Positions 18,312 to 28,512 of a stretch of 64,000 nt of DNA are shown here, one piece after another. Within the stretch, counting starts at the first letter, position 1; each line of letters starts with the position of its first letter. The translations under genes and the position numbers were made by a program. The DNA is from Methanobacteriota archaeon (lineage in GTDB: Archaea; Thermoplasmatota; Thermoplasmata; SG8-5; DAIRED01): contig JAZDNO010000009.1 in the NCBI GenBank assembly GCA_043799545.1, positions 8,262 through 72,261 on the forward strand, in the 5' to 3' direction. The notes beneath the pieces are model-generated. The model searched no databases and had not been told where the DNA came from. It worked only from the letters and a program-made list of their open reading frames with translations.

Positions 18312-19766
18312 ATGTCCTGGAACGGCCAAGTGAACAAGCTCGATGCGTTTCGCTACGAGATTCCCCAGAGCTACAAATCAGCGATGCGCACGTCTGGCCT
18401 CATCTTCTCAGACGAGAAAATGATGCAGCAGATTCGCGGCGACAACGCCGCGGAGCAGGTCGCCAACGTGGCTACCATTCCAGGAATCGTGGGCAGGTCT
18501 ATGGCGATGCCAGACATCCACTGGGGCTACGGTTTCCCAATAGGCGGGGTCGCGGCGACTGACGCGGACGATGGAGTCCTCTCGCCTGGCGGCGTGGGCT
18601 TCGACATCAACTGCGGCGTTCGCCTGGTCAGAACGGACTTGACGGTGGCTGAGGTGCGCCCGAAAATCCGCGAGCTTGTCGATTCGATGTTCTCGAACGT
18701 CCCTTCCGGCCTCGGCTCGAAGGGCAAGGTGCGTTTGACTGGCCAGCAGCTCGACGAAGTCTTCGAAACGGGTTCCGAGTGGGCCGTGGAGAACGGCTAC
18801 GGTTGGGCTGGCGATATCCCGCACACGGAGGAGAACGGCCGGATGAAGAACGCCGACCCGTCAGCGGTCAGCCAGAGAGCGAAGCAGCGCGGGATGCCCC
18901 AGTTGGGCTCGCTCGGCGCGGGCAACCACTTCCTGGAGGTCCAGAGGGTTGCGGAGATATTCGACCCAATCGCGGCCAAGGCATACGGAATCGAGTCAAC
19001 AGACCAGGTCATGGTCATGATCCACACAGGCTCTCGCGGCGCAGGACACCAGATAGCGACCGACTACCTCCAGCAGATGGAAGGAGCTGTCCGCAAGTAC
19101 AAAATCGAATTGCCGGACAGGCAGCTGGCCTGCGCTCCAGTCTCGTCGAAGGAGTCTCAGGACTACTTCAAGGCGATGGCATGCGGGGCGAACTACGCCT
19201 GGGCCAACAGGCAGATGATTCTACACTGGGTGCGCGAGTCGTTCGAGCGCACTTTCAACCGCAAGGCGGGCGAGATGGGCATGCGCCTCGTCTACGACGT
19301 CTGCCACAACATCGCCAAGCTGGAGGAGCACGAGGTCGGGGGCCGCCGCCGCAAGGTCTACGTCCACCGCAAGGGCGCCACGCGCGCTTTCGCAGCGGGC
19401 AGGGACGAGGTTCCACCGGACTACAGGGATGTGGGGCAGCCGGTCCTGATACCCGGAGACATGGGGACTTCGAGCTACGTCCTTGTTGGCACGGAGCTGG
19501 CGATGCGCGAGACTTTCGGCTCGACGTGCCACGGGGCGGGACGCATGATGTCCCGTTCGGCAGCCATAAGGCAATTCCGCCCGGACCAGATAAAGGCGCA
19601 GATGGCCGCCAACGGCATCTACGTCAGGGCCGCGAGCGCGGAAGTTTTGACAGAGGAGGCGCCTGGCGCCTACAAGCGCGTCGACGACGTCGTCGGCGTG
19701 GCCAGCGGAGCTGGAATTTCAAAGCTGGTGGCGAAGATGGTGCCGATGGGCGTCATGAAAGGCTGA
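18312..19766 (+). CDS. rtcB: tRNA-splicing ligase RtcB
   Basis: [57 protein letters not shown]. Confidence 0.98.
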   Translation: MSWNGQVNKLDAFRYEIPQSYKSAMRTSGLIFSDEKMMQQIRGDNAAEQVANVATIPGIVGRSMAMPDIHWGYGFPIGGVAATDADDGVLSPGGVGFDINCGVRLVRTDLTVAEVRPKIRELVDSMFSNVPSGLGSKGKVRLTGQQLDEVFETGSEWAVENGYGWAGDIPHTEENGRMKNADPSAVSQRAKQRGMPQLGSLGAGNHFLEVQRVAEIFDPIAAKAYGIESTDQVMVMIHTGSRGAGHQIATDYLQQMEGAVRKYKIELPDRQLACAPVSSKESQDYFKAMACGANYAWANRQMILHWVRESFERTFNRKAGEMGMRLVYDVCHNIAKLEEHEVGGRRRKVYVHRKGATRAFAAGRDEVPPDYRDVGQPVLIPGDMGTSSYVLVGTELAMRETFGSTCHGAGRMMSRSAAIRQFRPDQIKAQMAANGIYVRAASAEVLTEEAPGAYKRVDDVVGVASGAGISKLVAKMVPMGVMKG

Positions 19767-19795
19767 GGCTCTGGCCCGCAAGAGCACCGGGGTCG

Positions 19796-20224
19796 TCAAG
19801 CATCCTTGTCCTTTCTCTTTGAGAAGTACGTAATGTCGTTGTGGCGGACGTATCCCATCGATTCCATGAAGGCGAGCGACGGGGTGTTTTCGTCCTCGAC
19901 CAGTGCGGTCACCAGGAGGAGCCCCATCTCGTCCGCAAGTCGCTCCAGTTCGCGGACCAGCGCGGCGGCCACCCCCTTCCTCCGGCTCCCGGGATGGACT
20001 GCCAGGCGGTTGACGTACATCTTGCGCCCGTCCTGGGTTCCGAATATGACCCCGATAATTTTTCCGCCCTCCTCCGCGACGAGGAAAACCGCCATAGGCA
20101 TCCCGAGTTCGCGCCCGACGCGCTCAGGGCTGTCGCGACCATCCGGTCGGTAAGACAGGCCAGCCTTCTTCCAGAGCTCCACGACAGCGTCGTAGTCGGC
20201 GATTGTCATTCTTCTTATCTTCAA
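19796..20224 (-). CDS. GNAT family N-acetyltransferase
   Basis: probable TTG start (MKIRRMTIADY); RLAVHPGSRRKGVA acetyl-CoA motif. Confidence 0.9.
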   Translation of the reverse strand: MKIRRMTIADYDAVVELWKKAGLSYRPDGRDSPERVGRELGMPMAVFLVAEEGGKIIGVIFGTQDGRKMYVNRLAVHPGSRRKGVAAALVRELERLADEMGLLLVTALVEDENTPSLAFMESMGYVRHNDITYFSKRKDKDA

Positions 20225-20229
20225 TGAAC

Positions 20230-21225
20230 TCAATACCAAACCTCCTTCCAGGCTTCCCAGGCGGGTCTAGCCTCGCCATCATGTGTCCACAGCCCCATTG
20301 AGGAGAACGGCACGGGTGTCCCCGGCTGGTCGAACATGAATGCCCATATCACCATCTCGGCGTGGTCGTAATCCACGAGGTCGAAGAACGTTTCCACGAA
20401 CTGTGCCTGCGCTCCTTCGCTGCTCTCCCATCCCATTGGTTCCACGCCAGCGTGCCAGCCGACTTCGGTGAATGCGGGTCGCTTGTCAGTCTTGTCTCCG
20501 ATGGAGGAATAATAGTCCTCTGGAATCCCCGATGGATCCTTGTAAACGAGGCATGGATATGTCGTGAATCCCGTCAAATCGGCATCTGGGAAGTCGTCCA
20601 GAAGTTCCCACTCGCCTGACCCGTTCATCCCGCCGAAGAGCCCCCCCTTAAGCCCCTTCATCCTCTCCAGCTGGAACACCGTGAAGACCTTCGTGCCAGG
20701 CGACACGGATTTAACAGCATCGTACGCGTCCGCGAAGAGGCCGACGAAAGCGACGTAGTCCGCCGGGCTCTTCTCCTGCAGGATGTTGACTTCGATGCCA
20801 AGCGCCAGGTACTGCGGCTTGTGCTCCCGGCAAAAATCCTCAGCCCACTGGATGTACAGCGCCTTGTTGGCGGCGTTCAGCGGCCTGAGCAGTTCTCCAG
20901 ATGAGGCGTCGAAGAACTGCGCCTCCACAACCGGGATGTAATAGTTGGCTTTCGCGAGCCCGACCAGCGTGGCGGGCGCACCATCGTCCTCGCCCAACTC
21001 TGCCCAGTCCCCCGCCCACGATACGACCTCGCCGGCGTCGTTCTGTAAATCTAGGAAGGTTTCGAAATCGCCGCCCTGGAAGCTTTTTGGCGTGAGCGTC
21101 ACGCCCTTCAAAGCGCCAGGTATCCCGCCAGTCGGGTGACGCTGGTTGAGCGCCACCAACGCCGCAGCCGCTATTAATGTGAATGCCACGAGCGATGCTA
21201 TAGCCGCCTTCAGCAGAACGTCCAT
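20230..21225 (-). CDS. membrane-anchored glycoside hydrolase-like TIM barrel (clan GH-A-like)
   Basis: N-terminal hydrophobic anchor; LGIEVN and FTEVGW candidate catalytic glutamates. Confidence 0.6.
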   Translation of the reverse strand: MDVLLKAAIASLVAFTLIAAAALVALNQRHPTGGIPGALKGVTLTPKSFQGGDFETFLDLQNDAGEVVSWAGDWAELGEDDGAPATLVGLAKANYYIPVVEAQFFDASSGELLRPLNAANKALYIQWAEDFCREHKPQYLALGIEVNILQEKSPADYVAFVGLFADAYDAVKSVSPGTKVFTVFQLERMKGLKGGLFGGMNGSGEWELLDDFPDADLTGFTTYPCLVYKDPSGIPEDYYSSIGDKTDKRPAFTEVGWHAGVEPMGWESSEGAQAQFVETFFDLVDYDHAEMVIWAFMFDQPGTPVPFSSMGLWTHDGEARPAWEAWKEVWY

Positions 21226-21339
21226 GCCAACTCCGCGCAGGGCATCGGTGAGGCGGCATTAATTATTATCGCCCCGAGTAGAACCTCACCCGGAGGACGC
21301 ACCAATACCTTTTTTACCGTCCTCCCCATTGCCAACCAC

Positions 21340-21954
21340 ATGCAGGACTACAATGCGCTGCTCCTGAGGGCGCGCTCAAAGATACCGCAGTCGATGGCGA
21401 GCGGCGAGAGAGTCATCCTTCCAGAGCCGGACATCATGGTCGAGGGGAAGAACACCGTCCTGAAGAACTTCATGGACATCGTGGAAGCAGTGCGCCGCGA
21501 GCCGGACCACCTGCTCCATTACCTGCTGAGGGAGCTGGGCACCGCCGGGAATGTGGAGGGGCGAAGGGCGATACTCAAGCGCAAGCTCTCCGACGTCCAG
21601 GTGCGCGAGCGCCTCCAGACTTACTACCAGATGTACGTCATATGCACCGAGTGCAACCGCCCGGACAGCCACCTCGTCAAAGAGGACAGGGTTCTGATGC
21701 TCGAGTGCGAGGCGTGCGGCGCCAGGCGCCCCGTCAAGGCCATCAAGGCTGCGACCGAGGAGAAGGTCGCGGTGCTCGAAGAGGGCAAGGTCTACGAGGT
21801 CATGATTGAAGACGTGGGCAAGAGGGGCGACGGGATAGCCAGGGTCGACAAGTACATCATCTACGTCCCAGGAGCCTCGCGCGGCGACAAGGTGAAGGTC
21901 AAGATTGAGAAGATAACTGGCACGACCGCATTCTGCCACATCTCGAACGAGTGA
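21340..21954 (+). CDS. eif2b: translation initiation factor aIF-2 beta with C-terminal TRAM domain
   Basis: RRE.DHL..YLLRELGTAG, CTECNRPD...CEACGA; EDVGKRGDGIARV. Confidence 0.96.
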   Translation: MQDYNALLLRARSKIPQSMASGERVILPEPDIMVEGKNTVLKNFMDIVEAVRREPDHLLHYLLRELGTAGNVEGRRAILKRKLSDVQVRERLQTYYQMYVICTECNRPDSHLVKEDRVLMLECEACGARRPVKAIKAATEEKVAVLEEGKVYEVMIEDVGKRGDGIARVDKYIIYVPGASRGDKVKVKIEKITGTTAFCHISNE

Positions 21955-21960
21955 GCCAAG

Positions 21961-22920
21961 ATGCCCGCCGGCTCCAAGGAGTTCCGCACAGTCGCGACGA
22001 TGGGCGCGGTGATGGTGGCGACGCAGCTTCTGGCGCTGGTCGTGGCCACGCCGTTCAAGGACGCGGGGTTCCAGGCCTTCGAGGACCCGAGCGACCCGAT
22101 GAACCCGTTGCTGTACCTGGTGGCCATAATCCTGTTCTCCGCGCTCATACTCGCCATTGTGAAGCTGGGCAAGAAGAACATCATCAAGGCCATCATCCTC
22201 TTCGCCACGTGGGCCGTGATTCTGGATGTCTTCCTCATAGTTTTCGCGAACGCGCTCTACTACGGCCTGTCCGTCGATTCGTGGCTCTGGGAAATCTCGC
22301 TCGCTCTCGCCGCGGTCGTCGCCAGCGCGATAACATACGTGCTCGTCGTGAACCCCGAATGGTACGTCGTCAACGCTGTGGGCATCCTGGTCGGGGCAGG
22401 GGTCGCGTCCATCCTCGGCATCTCGCTCTGGATACTCCCGATGCTCATCCTGCTCGTCGCGCTGGCAATCTACGATGCCATCTCCGTCTACAAGACGAAG
22501 CACATGATTTCCCTGGCCGACGCGGTCACGGAGCAGCACCTCCCGGTCCTGATGGTCTTCCCGAAGGATGAAGGATACTCGTTCAAGGAGCAGAAGGGAA
22601 TCAAGGAGGAAATCGACCAGGGCAAGGAGCGGGAGGCGATGTTCATAGGGCTCGGGGACATAGTCATCCCCGGGGCGCTCGTCGTCTCCGCTTTCATCAA
22701 CCTCCCGCCGGAGTACATTGGCGAGATGTTCAAGCCCCTTCTGGTCGCAGCGGGGACGATGGTCGGAATCGTCGCTGGCTTTTCCGTCCTCATGCGCTAC
22801 GTCCTCAAGGGGAATCCGCAGGCGGGGCTGCCGCTGCTCAACGGAGGGGCAATCATCGGATACGCCTTTTCATATGTTCTGCTCTACCAGAATCTGACGT
22901 TCGGAATAAGCCTGGGGTGA
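21961..22920 (+). CDS. presenilin/SPP family intramembrane aspartyl protease (PSH)
   Basis: AIYDAISV, IGLGDIVIP, QAGLPLLN. Confidence 0.94.
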   Translation: MPAGSKEFRTVATMGAVMVATQLLALVVATPFKDAGFQAFEDPSDPMNPLLYLVAIILFSALILAIVKLGKKNIIKAIILFATWAVILDVFLIVFANALYYGLSVDSWLWEISLALAAVVASAITYVLVVNPEWYVVNAVGILVGAGVASILGISLWILPMLILLVALAIYDAISVYKTKHMISLADAVTEQHLPVLMVFPKDEGYSFKEQKGIKEEIDQGKEREAMFIGLGDIVIPGALVVSAFINLPPEYIGEMFKPLLVAAGTMVGIVAGFSVLMRYVLKGNPQAGLPLLNGGAIIGYAFSYVLLYQNLTFGISLG

Positions 22921-22924
22921 GCGT

Positions 22925-23548
22925 TTGAGGCTCGTGCTGGTTTCGGACCTGCATTCCTCCGCGCGAGCCCTCGATAGGATTTCCAATCTCGCCCGCGAGG
23001 TTGAGCCAGACGCAATCCTCATCGCCGGCGACCTGACGACTTTCGGGCCGCCGGGATACGTGGACGAGGTAGCAAAACTCGCTGAGTGCAGGATATTGGC
23101 CGTTACCGGCAACTGCGACGTTCCCGAGGTCGCCGTCAAGATGGATGCCGCGGCCATCAACGTCTCCGACAGCATCGTTCGACTGGGCGGCCTCGACGTT
23201 GCTGGCGTCGCATGGGCTGGAGGGAAACGCGTCTTCGAGGCTATGAACCAAGGCCTTGCAGCGAGGCTCGCGGAGCGCGACGAATCCCGACCGCTCATCG
23301 TTCTGTCCCATTGTCCGGCGCTCGGTACTCTCGACGAGATAAAGCCCGGGCAGCACATCGGGAGTCTAGCAATATCCGAGCTCGTCGCCTCGGCCAGACC
23401 CACCGCGCTCTTTTCCGGCCACGCGCACGAGGCCCGCGGGCTCTTGCGGTCTGATGGGACGGTCTACGCCAACCCTGGACCGGCGATGGAAGGCCATGCC
23501 GCGCTGGCGACCTACGAAAACGGCAGGATGGACGCAGCCCTTCTGTAA
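22925..23548 (+). CDS. calcineurin-like metallophosphoesterase
   Basis: SDLH, AGDLT, GNCD, LSHCP, GHAHE; TTG start. Confidence 0.9.
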   Translation: MRLVLVSDLHSSARALDRISNLAREVEPDAILIAGDLTTFGPPGYVDEVAKLAECRILAVTGNCDVPEVAVKMDAAAINVSDSIVRLGGLDVAGVAWAGGKRVFEAMNQGLAARLAERDESRPLIVLSHCPALGTLDEIKPGQHIGSLAISELVASARPTALFSGHAHEARGLLRSDGTVYANPGPAMEGHAALATYENGRMDAALL

Positions 23549-23597
23549 ATCGCGACAAACTATTTCTATCGCTAGGTGGTTGCTAGGCGGGGAGCGC

Positions 23598-24293
23598 ATG
23601 ATAAGAACGTATATTCAGGGGTTCGACGAGGCGCTGGGCGGCGGGATTCCGGAGGGTCATGTGGTCATGGTATCGGGAACTCCGGGAACCATGAAATCGT
23701 CCTTCCTGGCGAGCATCCTCTACCAGAACTCTTGCAGGAACGGCATGAAGGGCCTCTACATTTCCCTGGAGGAGAGCAAGGAGAGCCTCCAGAAGATGAT
23801 GGCGAACCTTGAGATGAAGGAGATTGACGAGGAGAAGATGTTCATCGTCGACATCGGCAAGCTGAGGCTGGAGCACAGGAGCGCCGACGACAACCAGGAC
23901 TGGTTCAAGGTTCTGACGGATTACCTGAAGCGGAGGGTCGCGGAGGATGGCATGAAGATAGTCGTTCTCGATTCGCTGACCGCCCTGTACAGCCTCGTGG
24001 AGTTCAACAACCCGCGCCAGGACCTGTTCCATTTCTTCGGTTTCCTGAAGCGCCTGGGGGTGACGACGTTCCTCATCTCGGAGATGAACCCGGACTCGAA
24101 CGCCTTCGGGCCGTTCAGGGAGGACTTCCTCGTGGATGGGAACATCTACCTCAAGCAGCACGAGGTCGGAGACACCGACGTCCAGCTGAGGATGCGCTGC
24201 GTCAAGATGCGCCACGTGAACCACTACAGGGGGTATTACGCGCTGATATACCGGGATAACGGGTTTATGGTGACGAGAGTGATATCGGACTGA
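23598..24293 (+). CDS. KaiC/RAD55-like RecA-fold ATPase
   Basis: YIQGFDEALGGGIPEG, GTPGTMKS, VVLDSL, FLVDGNI, CVKMR. Confidence 0.88.
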   Translation: MIRTYIQGFDEALGGGIPEGHVVMVSGTPGTMKSSFLASILYQNSCRNGMKGLYISLEESKESLQKMMANLEMKEIDEEKMFIVDIGKLRLEHRSADDNQDWFKVLTDYLKRRVAEDGMKIVVLDSLTALYSLVEFNNPRQDLFHFFGFLKRLGVTTFLISEMNPDSNAFGPFREDFLVDGNIYLKQHEVGDTDVQLRMRCVKMRHVNHYRGYYALIYRDNGFMVTRVISD

Positions 24294-24389
24294 GCCCCAC
24301 AGATGATATCATGATTGTCAGCGATTATAGACTTGTACTGGCACTACCGCAAATGACAGATACCAAAATATTGAAAGGCTGTTGCTGGC

Positions 24390-24779
24390 TCAGTACGACC
24401 CCTTTATCTTGTTCCTGTCGACGACTATGCCGCCAGGGGTCGCGATGAGCATGTGCTTCCCAATGCCCGCGACGTCTCCGCCCGTGTCCTGAGCCACCGC
24501 CTTCAGGTCGGCGATGATGCGCTTGAGCGTCGATTCGTCGTTGGCTATCGATTCGTAGTCCACGATGAGGATGTTGTTGGCGTAGAGGTTCTCGGTAAGG
24601 TTGCCGAGGTCTTCGTACCTGTAAATCTCCGCAACCCGCACCGCGGCGCGCCCACCTGCGACGCCGGCCGTCGCTGGCCCCTCGTCGAATTTCATGTCGC
24701 CCAGGTCGAGATAGTGGTCCTCGACTCCGCCCTCCTTCGCGCGCTTGAACGGCTTCCTTTTCATAATACCGGTTGTCAT
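24390..24779 (-). CDS. sepF: cell division protein SepF
   Basis: YLDLG, VRVAEI...NILIVD...LKAVAQDTGGDVAGIGKHMLIATP. Confidence 0.9.
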   Translation of the reverse strand: MTTGIMKRKPFKRAKEGGVEDHYLDLGDMKFDEGPATAGVAGGRAAVRVAEIYRYEDLGNLTENLYANNILIVDYESIANDESTLKRIIADLKAVAQDTGGDVAGIGKHMLIATPGGIVVDRNKIKGSY

Positions 24780-24978
24780 CCCAACCACTCCGTTGCTTGA
24801 TGGCATAACTGCTGCTCGACATATTAACCTTTTCGGTACTGCCCCTCTAGCGTCCGCCCGAGCCGGCTATGGACCACCAGTGACCTCGCGGGACCACAAA
24901 CAGACTCACGACAAAGCTATTATACCCCTAGCGATTATGCCGCCCTACACCACAACCGGCCATGCTGGAGGACATAGA

Positions 24979-25434
24979 ATGACTAATGTGCAGGACGTTC
25001 CCGCCGACAAGCTCATCGACATGATGGCGGAAAAGCTGAAGACGAACGAGAAGATAGTGGCTCCCGAGTGGGCCGGCCACGTGAAAACAGGAATCCACAG
25101 GGAGAAGGCGCCGACGGAGAAAGACTGGTGGTACCGCCGCGTGGCAGCGGTGATGAGGAAGGTCTACATCTACGGACCCATAGGCACGGAGCAGCTCAGC
25201 GCCAAGTTCGGGGGACCGAGGGACCGCGGCTCGAAGCCAAACAGGTCCAGGTCAGGCAGCAGGGCCATAATCCGCCTTTCCCTGAAGCAGTTGGAATCCT
25301 GCGGCTACCTCACTCCCTACAAGAAGCTTGGCCGCTCGATAGCCCCGCCTGGCCAGAAATTCATGGACGCCGCCGCCCGAGAGGTGATGGCGGAGCTCGT
25401 GAAGACCAGGCCGGAGATGAACAAGTACGCCTGA
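24979..25434 (+). CDS. rps19e: 30S ribosomal protein eS19
   Basis: PEWAGHVKTG..REKAP...WWYRRVAAVMRKVY; GGAGG RBS. Confidence 0.97.
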   Translation: MTNVQDVPADKLIDMMAEKLKTNEKIVAPEWAGHVKTGIHREKAPTEKDWWYRRVAAVMRKVYIYGPIGTEQLSAKFGGPRDRGSKPNRSRSGSRAIIRLSLKQLESCGYLTPYKKLGRSIAPPGQKFMDAAAREVMAELVKTRPEMNKYA

Positions 25435-25445
25435 TGTGAGAGACA

Positions 25446-25775
25446 ATGGATGACGACGAGCTGCAGGCATTGAGAAGGAAGCGCATCGAGGAGATCCAGC
25501 GCAACCAGCAGGACGCCGCGGCGCAGCAGAAGCAGCGCGAGGCAGCCGAGGCCCAGATGCAGTCTGCGATGCGCCAGATACTCACGCCGGAGGCGCGCGA
25601 GAGGCTGGCGAGGCTGAAGATAGCCTACCCGGACGTCGTGGCCTCCGTCGAGCAGCAGCTCATAGGGCTGGCCCAGAGCGGGCGGCTCGACAGGATGATA
25701 GACGATAGTACCCTGCAGCAGATTCTGCAGAAGGTGCTTCCCGAAAGGCGGGACATCAAGATAAAGAGGATGTGA
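25446..25775 (+). CDS. PDCD5-like DNA-binding protein
   Basis: DELQALRRKR...ILTPEARERLARLK...LQQIL. Confidence 0.93.
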   Translation: MDDDELQALRRKRIEEIQRNQQDAAAQQKQREAAEAQMQSAMRQILTPEARERLARLKIAYPDVVASVEQQLIGLAQSGRLDRMIDDSTLQQILQKVLPERRDIKIKRM

Positions 25776-25789
25776 CGGAGAGTGAACAG

Positions 25790-25945
25790 ATGGCAAGAGT
25801 GAAGCAGCCCGCGAAGAAGGCGCGGATGATGGCGGCGACGAAGGGCAACAGGCGCGTACCAGCCTGGGTGATGCAGAGGACCAACAGGAGGTTCCTCAGG
25901 CACCCGCAGCAGAGGATGTGGCGCAGGAGCCGGCTGCAGCCGTAA
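25790..25945 (+). CDS. rpl39e: 50S ribosomal protein eL39 (51 aa, absent from the ORF track)
   Basis: MARVKQPAKKARMMAATKGNRRVPAWVMQRTNRRFLRHPQQRMWRRSRLQP. Confidence 0.95.
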   Translation: MARVKQPAKKARMMAATKGNRRVPAWVMQRTNRRFLRHPQQRMWRRSRLQP

Positions 25946-25957
25946 CGGGGTGAAAAA

Positions 25958-26260
25958 ATGTCCGCCGACGATGCAAACGAATTCGAATCCAAGCCAGTCA
26001 TAGTACCGCTGGGCAACGCGATAAAGGGGATACCCAAGACCCAGAGGGCTGCGAGAGCGATAAAGGTGATAAAGCGCGCCGTGGCCAAGGCAATGAACGA
26101 GGAAACCACGGCTATCTGGATATTCGACGATGTGAACGAGGCCATTTGGGCGAGGGGCCGAGAGCGCCCGCCGAACAGGATAGTCGTCATGGCCGAGAGG
26201 ATAGAGGAAGGCCACGTCGAAGTAAGGCTCCCCACCGAGGACGAGCTGGGCGACAACTAA
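25958..26260 (+). CDS. rpl31e: 50S ribosomal protein eL31
   Basis: IVPL...RAARAIK...VNEAIWARGRERPPNRI. Confidence 0.93.
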   Translation: MSADDANEFESKPVIVPLGNAIKGIPKTQRAARAIKVIKRAVAKAMNEETTAIWIFDDVNEAIWARGRERPPNRIVVMAERIEEGHVEVRLPTEDELGDN

Positions 26261-26275
26261 GCCTAAAGTGACCAC

Positions 26276-26932
26276 ATGATGAGAAAGGTGAACGTCTTCG
26301 GGAATCCGTACATAGGGGTTTTCTGCAGGGCGAACGAGACGGTGGCGTGCGTCCCGCCTTCGATGGACGGGGAAACGAAGCATGCCGTCGCCGAGGTCTT
26401 GGACGCAGACCTGGTCGAGATGACCATCGACTCGTCGATACTGATTGGAAGCTTCATAGCCATGAACTCGCGCTGCGCTGTTGTAGCGGGCATGACCGCC
26501 GACTCTGAGGTCAGGGAGCTTGAGAAGAAGATGAAGGTCATCAGGCTCCCGCACAGGCTCAACGCCGCGGGGAACAATGTCCTCGTGAACGACCACGGGG
26601 CGCTGCTCAATCCCGGCCTGGACCAGAGGAGCGTTGACCTCATCGCGCGGGAGATGGACGTGAAGGTCGTGCGCGGGACGATAGCTGGGACGATGACTGT
26701 CGGCTCCGCCGGCGTTGTGACGAACAAAGGGATGCTGTGCCATCCCAGAGCGACGGAGGAGGAGCGCGCGAAGCTCTCGAAGCTCTTCGGGGTGCCGGTG
26801 CAGATAGCGACCGCTTGCTATGGTACGGCGCTTGTAGGCGCGTGCATGGCTGCGAATTCAAAGGGATGCGTGGTCGGGTCGACATCGACGCCTATCGAAA
26901 TGGGAAGGATAGAAGACGGCTTATTCTTATAA
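26276..26932 (+). CDS. eif6: translation initiation factor aIF-6
   Basis: GNPYIGVF, GNNVLVNDHGAL, GTIAG..TVGSAGVVTNKG.L.HP, TSTPIE. Confidence 0.95.
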   Translation: MMRKVNVFGNPYIGVFCRANETVACVPPSMDGETKHAVAEVLDADLVEMTIDSSILIGSFIAMNSRCAVVAGMTADSEVRELEKKMKVIRLPHRLNAAGNNVLVNDHGALLNPGLDQRSVDLIAREMDVKVVRGTIAGTMTVGSAGVVTNKGMLCHPRATEEERAKLSKLFGVPVQIATACYGTALVGACMAANSKGCVVGSTSTPIEMGRIEDGLFL

Positions 26933-26970
26933 GACGGTTTTACCATTTGATGTATTATTAATTTCGCTGA

Positions 26971-27609
26971 TTACAGACCGAAGGCCCATATCTCCATACT
27001 TGTCGGAAGGTCTTCCGCCTCGAACTCAATCTCGCTCCCGACCTCGCGCACTTCGACGCTCTCTGGATAGAGCTTCGTGAACTCCTTCAACGGCGCGATT
27101 GCCAGCTTCAGTCCGCCGAACTTGAAGTGCATCGGTATCGCAATCCTAGGACCGATCTTCGCGACAGTTTCCATGGCCCCCTTCGCATCCACTGTATACA
27201 ATCCGCCGACTGGCACCATCAGGATGTCCACCCTGCCAATATGCGCCACCTGCTCGCCCGTCGGGACGTGCCCGAGGTCGCCCATGTGCGCGAACCGGAC
27301 GCCGTCCAACTCGAAGACGAAAGCGACGTTCTTACCGCGCTTGCTGCCTCCCATTTCGTCGTGGCAGGTTTCAACTCCGAGGATTCTCACTCCCTTCTCG
27401 TGGTGCTCCCCTGCGCCTTTGACGACTGCGGGCGTTCCCTTGACTGCAGAAACTGCGTTGTGGTCGTAGTGGTCGTGGCTCACTAGCACGACGTCTGGCG
27501 CGGTCCTCGGAGGCGTCAGCCCGATGGAATGCCCGTCGTGCGGGTCCGTTAGCACCTTGACCTTCCCCGAGACTTCGAAACACGAATGCCCGTGCCACTT
27601 CATCCTCAT
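26971..27609 (-). CDS. MBL-fold metallo-hydrolase
   Basis: WHGHSCF, TDP, SHDHYDH, HMGDLG, IPMHF. Confidence 0.92.
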   Translation of the reverse strand: MRMKWHGHSCFEVSGKVKVLTDPHDGHSIGLTPPRTAPDVVLVSHDHYDHNAVSAVKGTPAVVKGAGEHHEKGVRILGVETCHDEMGGSKRGKNVAFVFELDGVRFAHMGDLGHVPTGEQVAHIGRVDILMVPVGGLYTVDAKGAMETVAKIGPRIAIPMHFKFGGLKLAIAPLKEFTKLYPESVEVREVGSEIEFEAEDLPTSMEIWAFGL

Positions 27610-27761
27610 CGCTTGCTCCCCCGACGGTGAATCGGCTTCTCCGTATTTAATTTGTGCTGATTAATCGATGACGCTTGGCGGTCGCGAGCCAGTCAATCAT
27701 TCGCTGATGACCCACCGAGTCAATTGCCAGCATTCGGTGTGGCTCGAAAGGGTCAATCGCC

Positions 27762-28463
27762 TTATTCGCTGATGACCCTCGTGGCCCTGAACACCCCGTC
27801 CTGGAACAACAGCGTGTAGTAGTTCGGGCTGTGCGTGGTCGAGCGCATCTTCACGCACCTGATTCGCCTGGTGACGTTCACATCGTCGACCTTCTCCATC
27901 TTCAAGTGGATTATACCGTCCGCCAGGAAGTCCTCGTCGTGGTTGGCGTACGTGTCTGAACCGGTCTTCATCTCCGAGATTATGAACGTGGTGACCTTCA
28001 ATTCCCTCAGCCACTCGAAAAAGTGGAACAGCTCCGTCCGCGGGTTCTCGAACTCGGCGAGCATCTCCAGTATCGGCAGCGAGTCTATGACCAGAATCTT
28101 GTAATCGAGGCTCTCCTTGACGTTCTGAGCGTAGGTCTTGAATATCTGCATCCACGTCTGCTGGCCGAGCTTCTCCAGGTTCTTGCGGATGAGGGCCAGG
28201 TCGACTATGCTCACGCGCGACTCCACGTCCGCGGGGTCCATCCCCATCGAGGCCATCTGCTGGCAGAGGCTGTCCCGACCCTGCTCAAGCGTGATGTAGA
28301 CTCCGATGCGGTTCTCCTCCTTCGCGTTGTGAAAGAGAGTATAGAAGACTATGGAGGACTTCAGGGTTCCGGGCTCGCCCGCGACCAGGACTATGTTCCC
28401 CTCTGGAACGCCACCGGCCATCTTCTCGTCAAATCCCTGGATGTGAGTCGGGATGCGTATCAT
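27762..28463 (-). CDS. second KaiC/RAD55-like ATPase
   Basis: THIQGFDEKMAGGVPEG, GEPGTLKS, VIDSL, FLADGII, CVKMR. Confidence 0.88.
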   Translation of the reverse strand: MIRIPTHIQGFDEKMAGGVPEGNIVLVAGEPGTLKSSIVFYTLFHNAKEENRIGVYITLEQGRDSLCQQMASMGMDPADVESRVSIVDLALIRKNLEKLGQQTWMQIFKTYAQNVKESLDYKILVIDSLPILEMLAEFENPRTELFHFFEWLRELKVTTFIISEMKTGSDTYANHDEDFLADGIIHLKMEKVDDVNVTRRIRCVKMRSTTHSPNYYTLLFQDGVFRATRVISE

Positions 28464-28512
28464 TTTCAATCGCCGAAGTAAAAGCGGTCTTCGTGGTATA
28501 TAATTGTTTCCA

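Noticed and set aside
21340-21954. aIF2beta-TRAM fusion as a novelty
   Set aside because: Known in several euryarchaeal lineages
27700-27775. C/D box sRNA from the two CTGATGA motifs
   Set aside because: No recognisable internal D'/C' boxes; the second copy is simply the end of a gene
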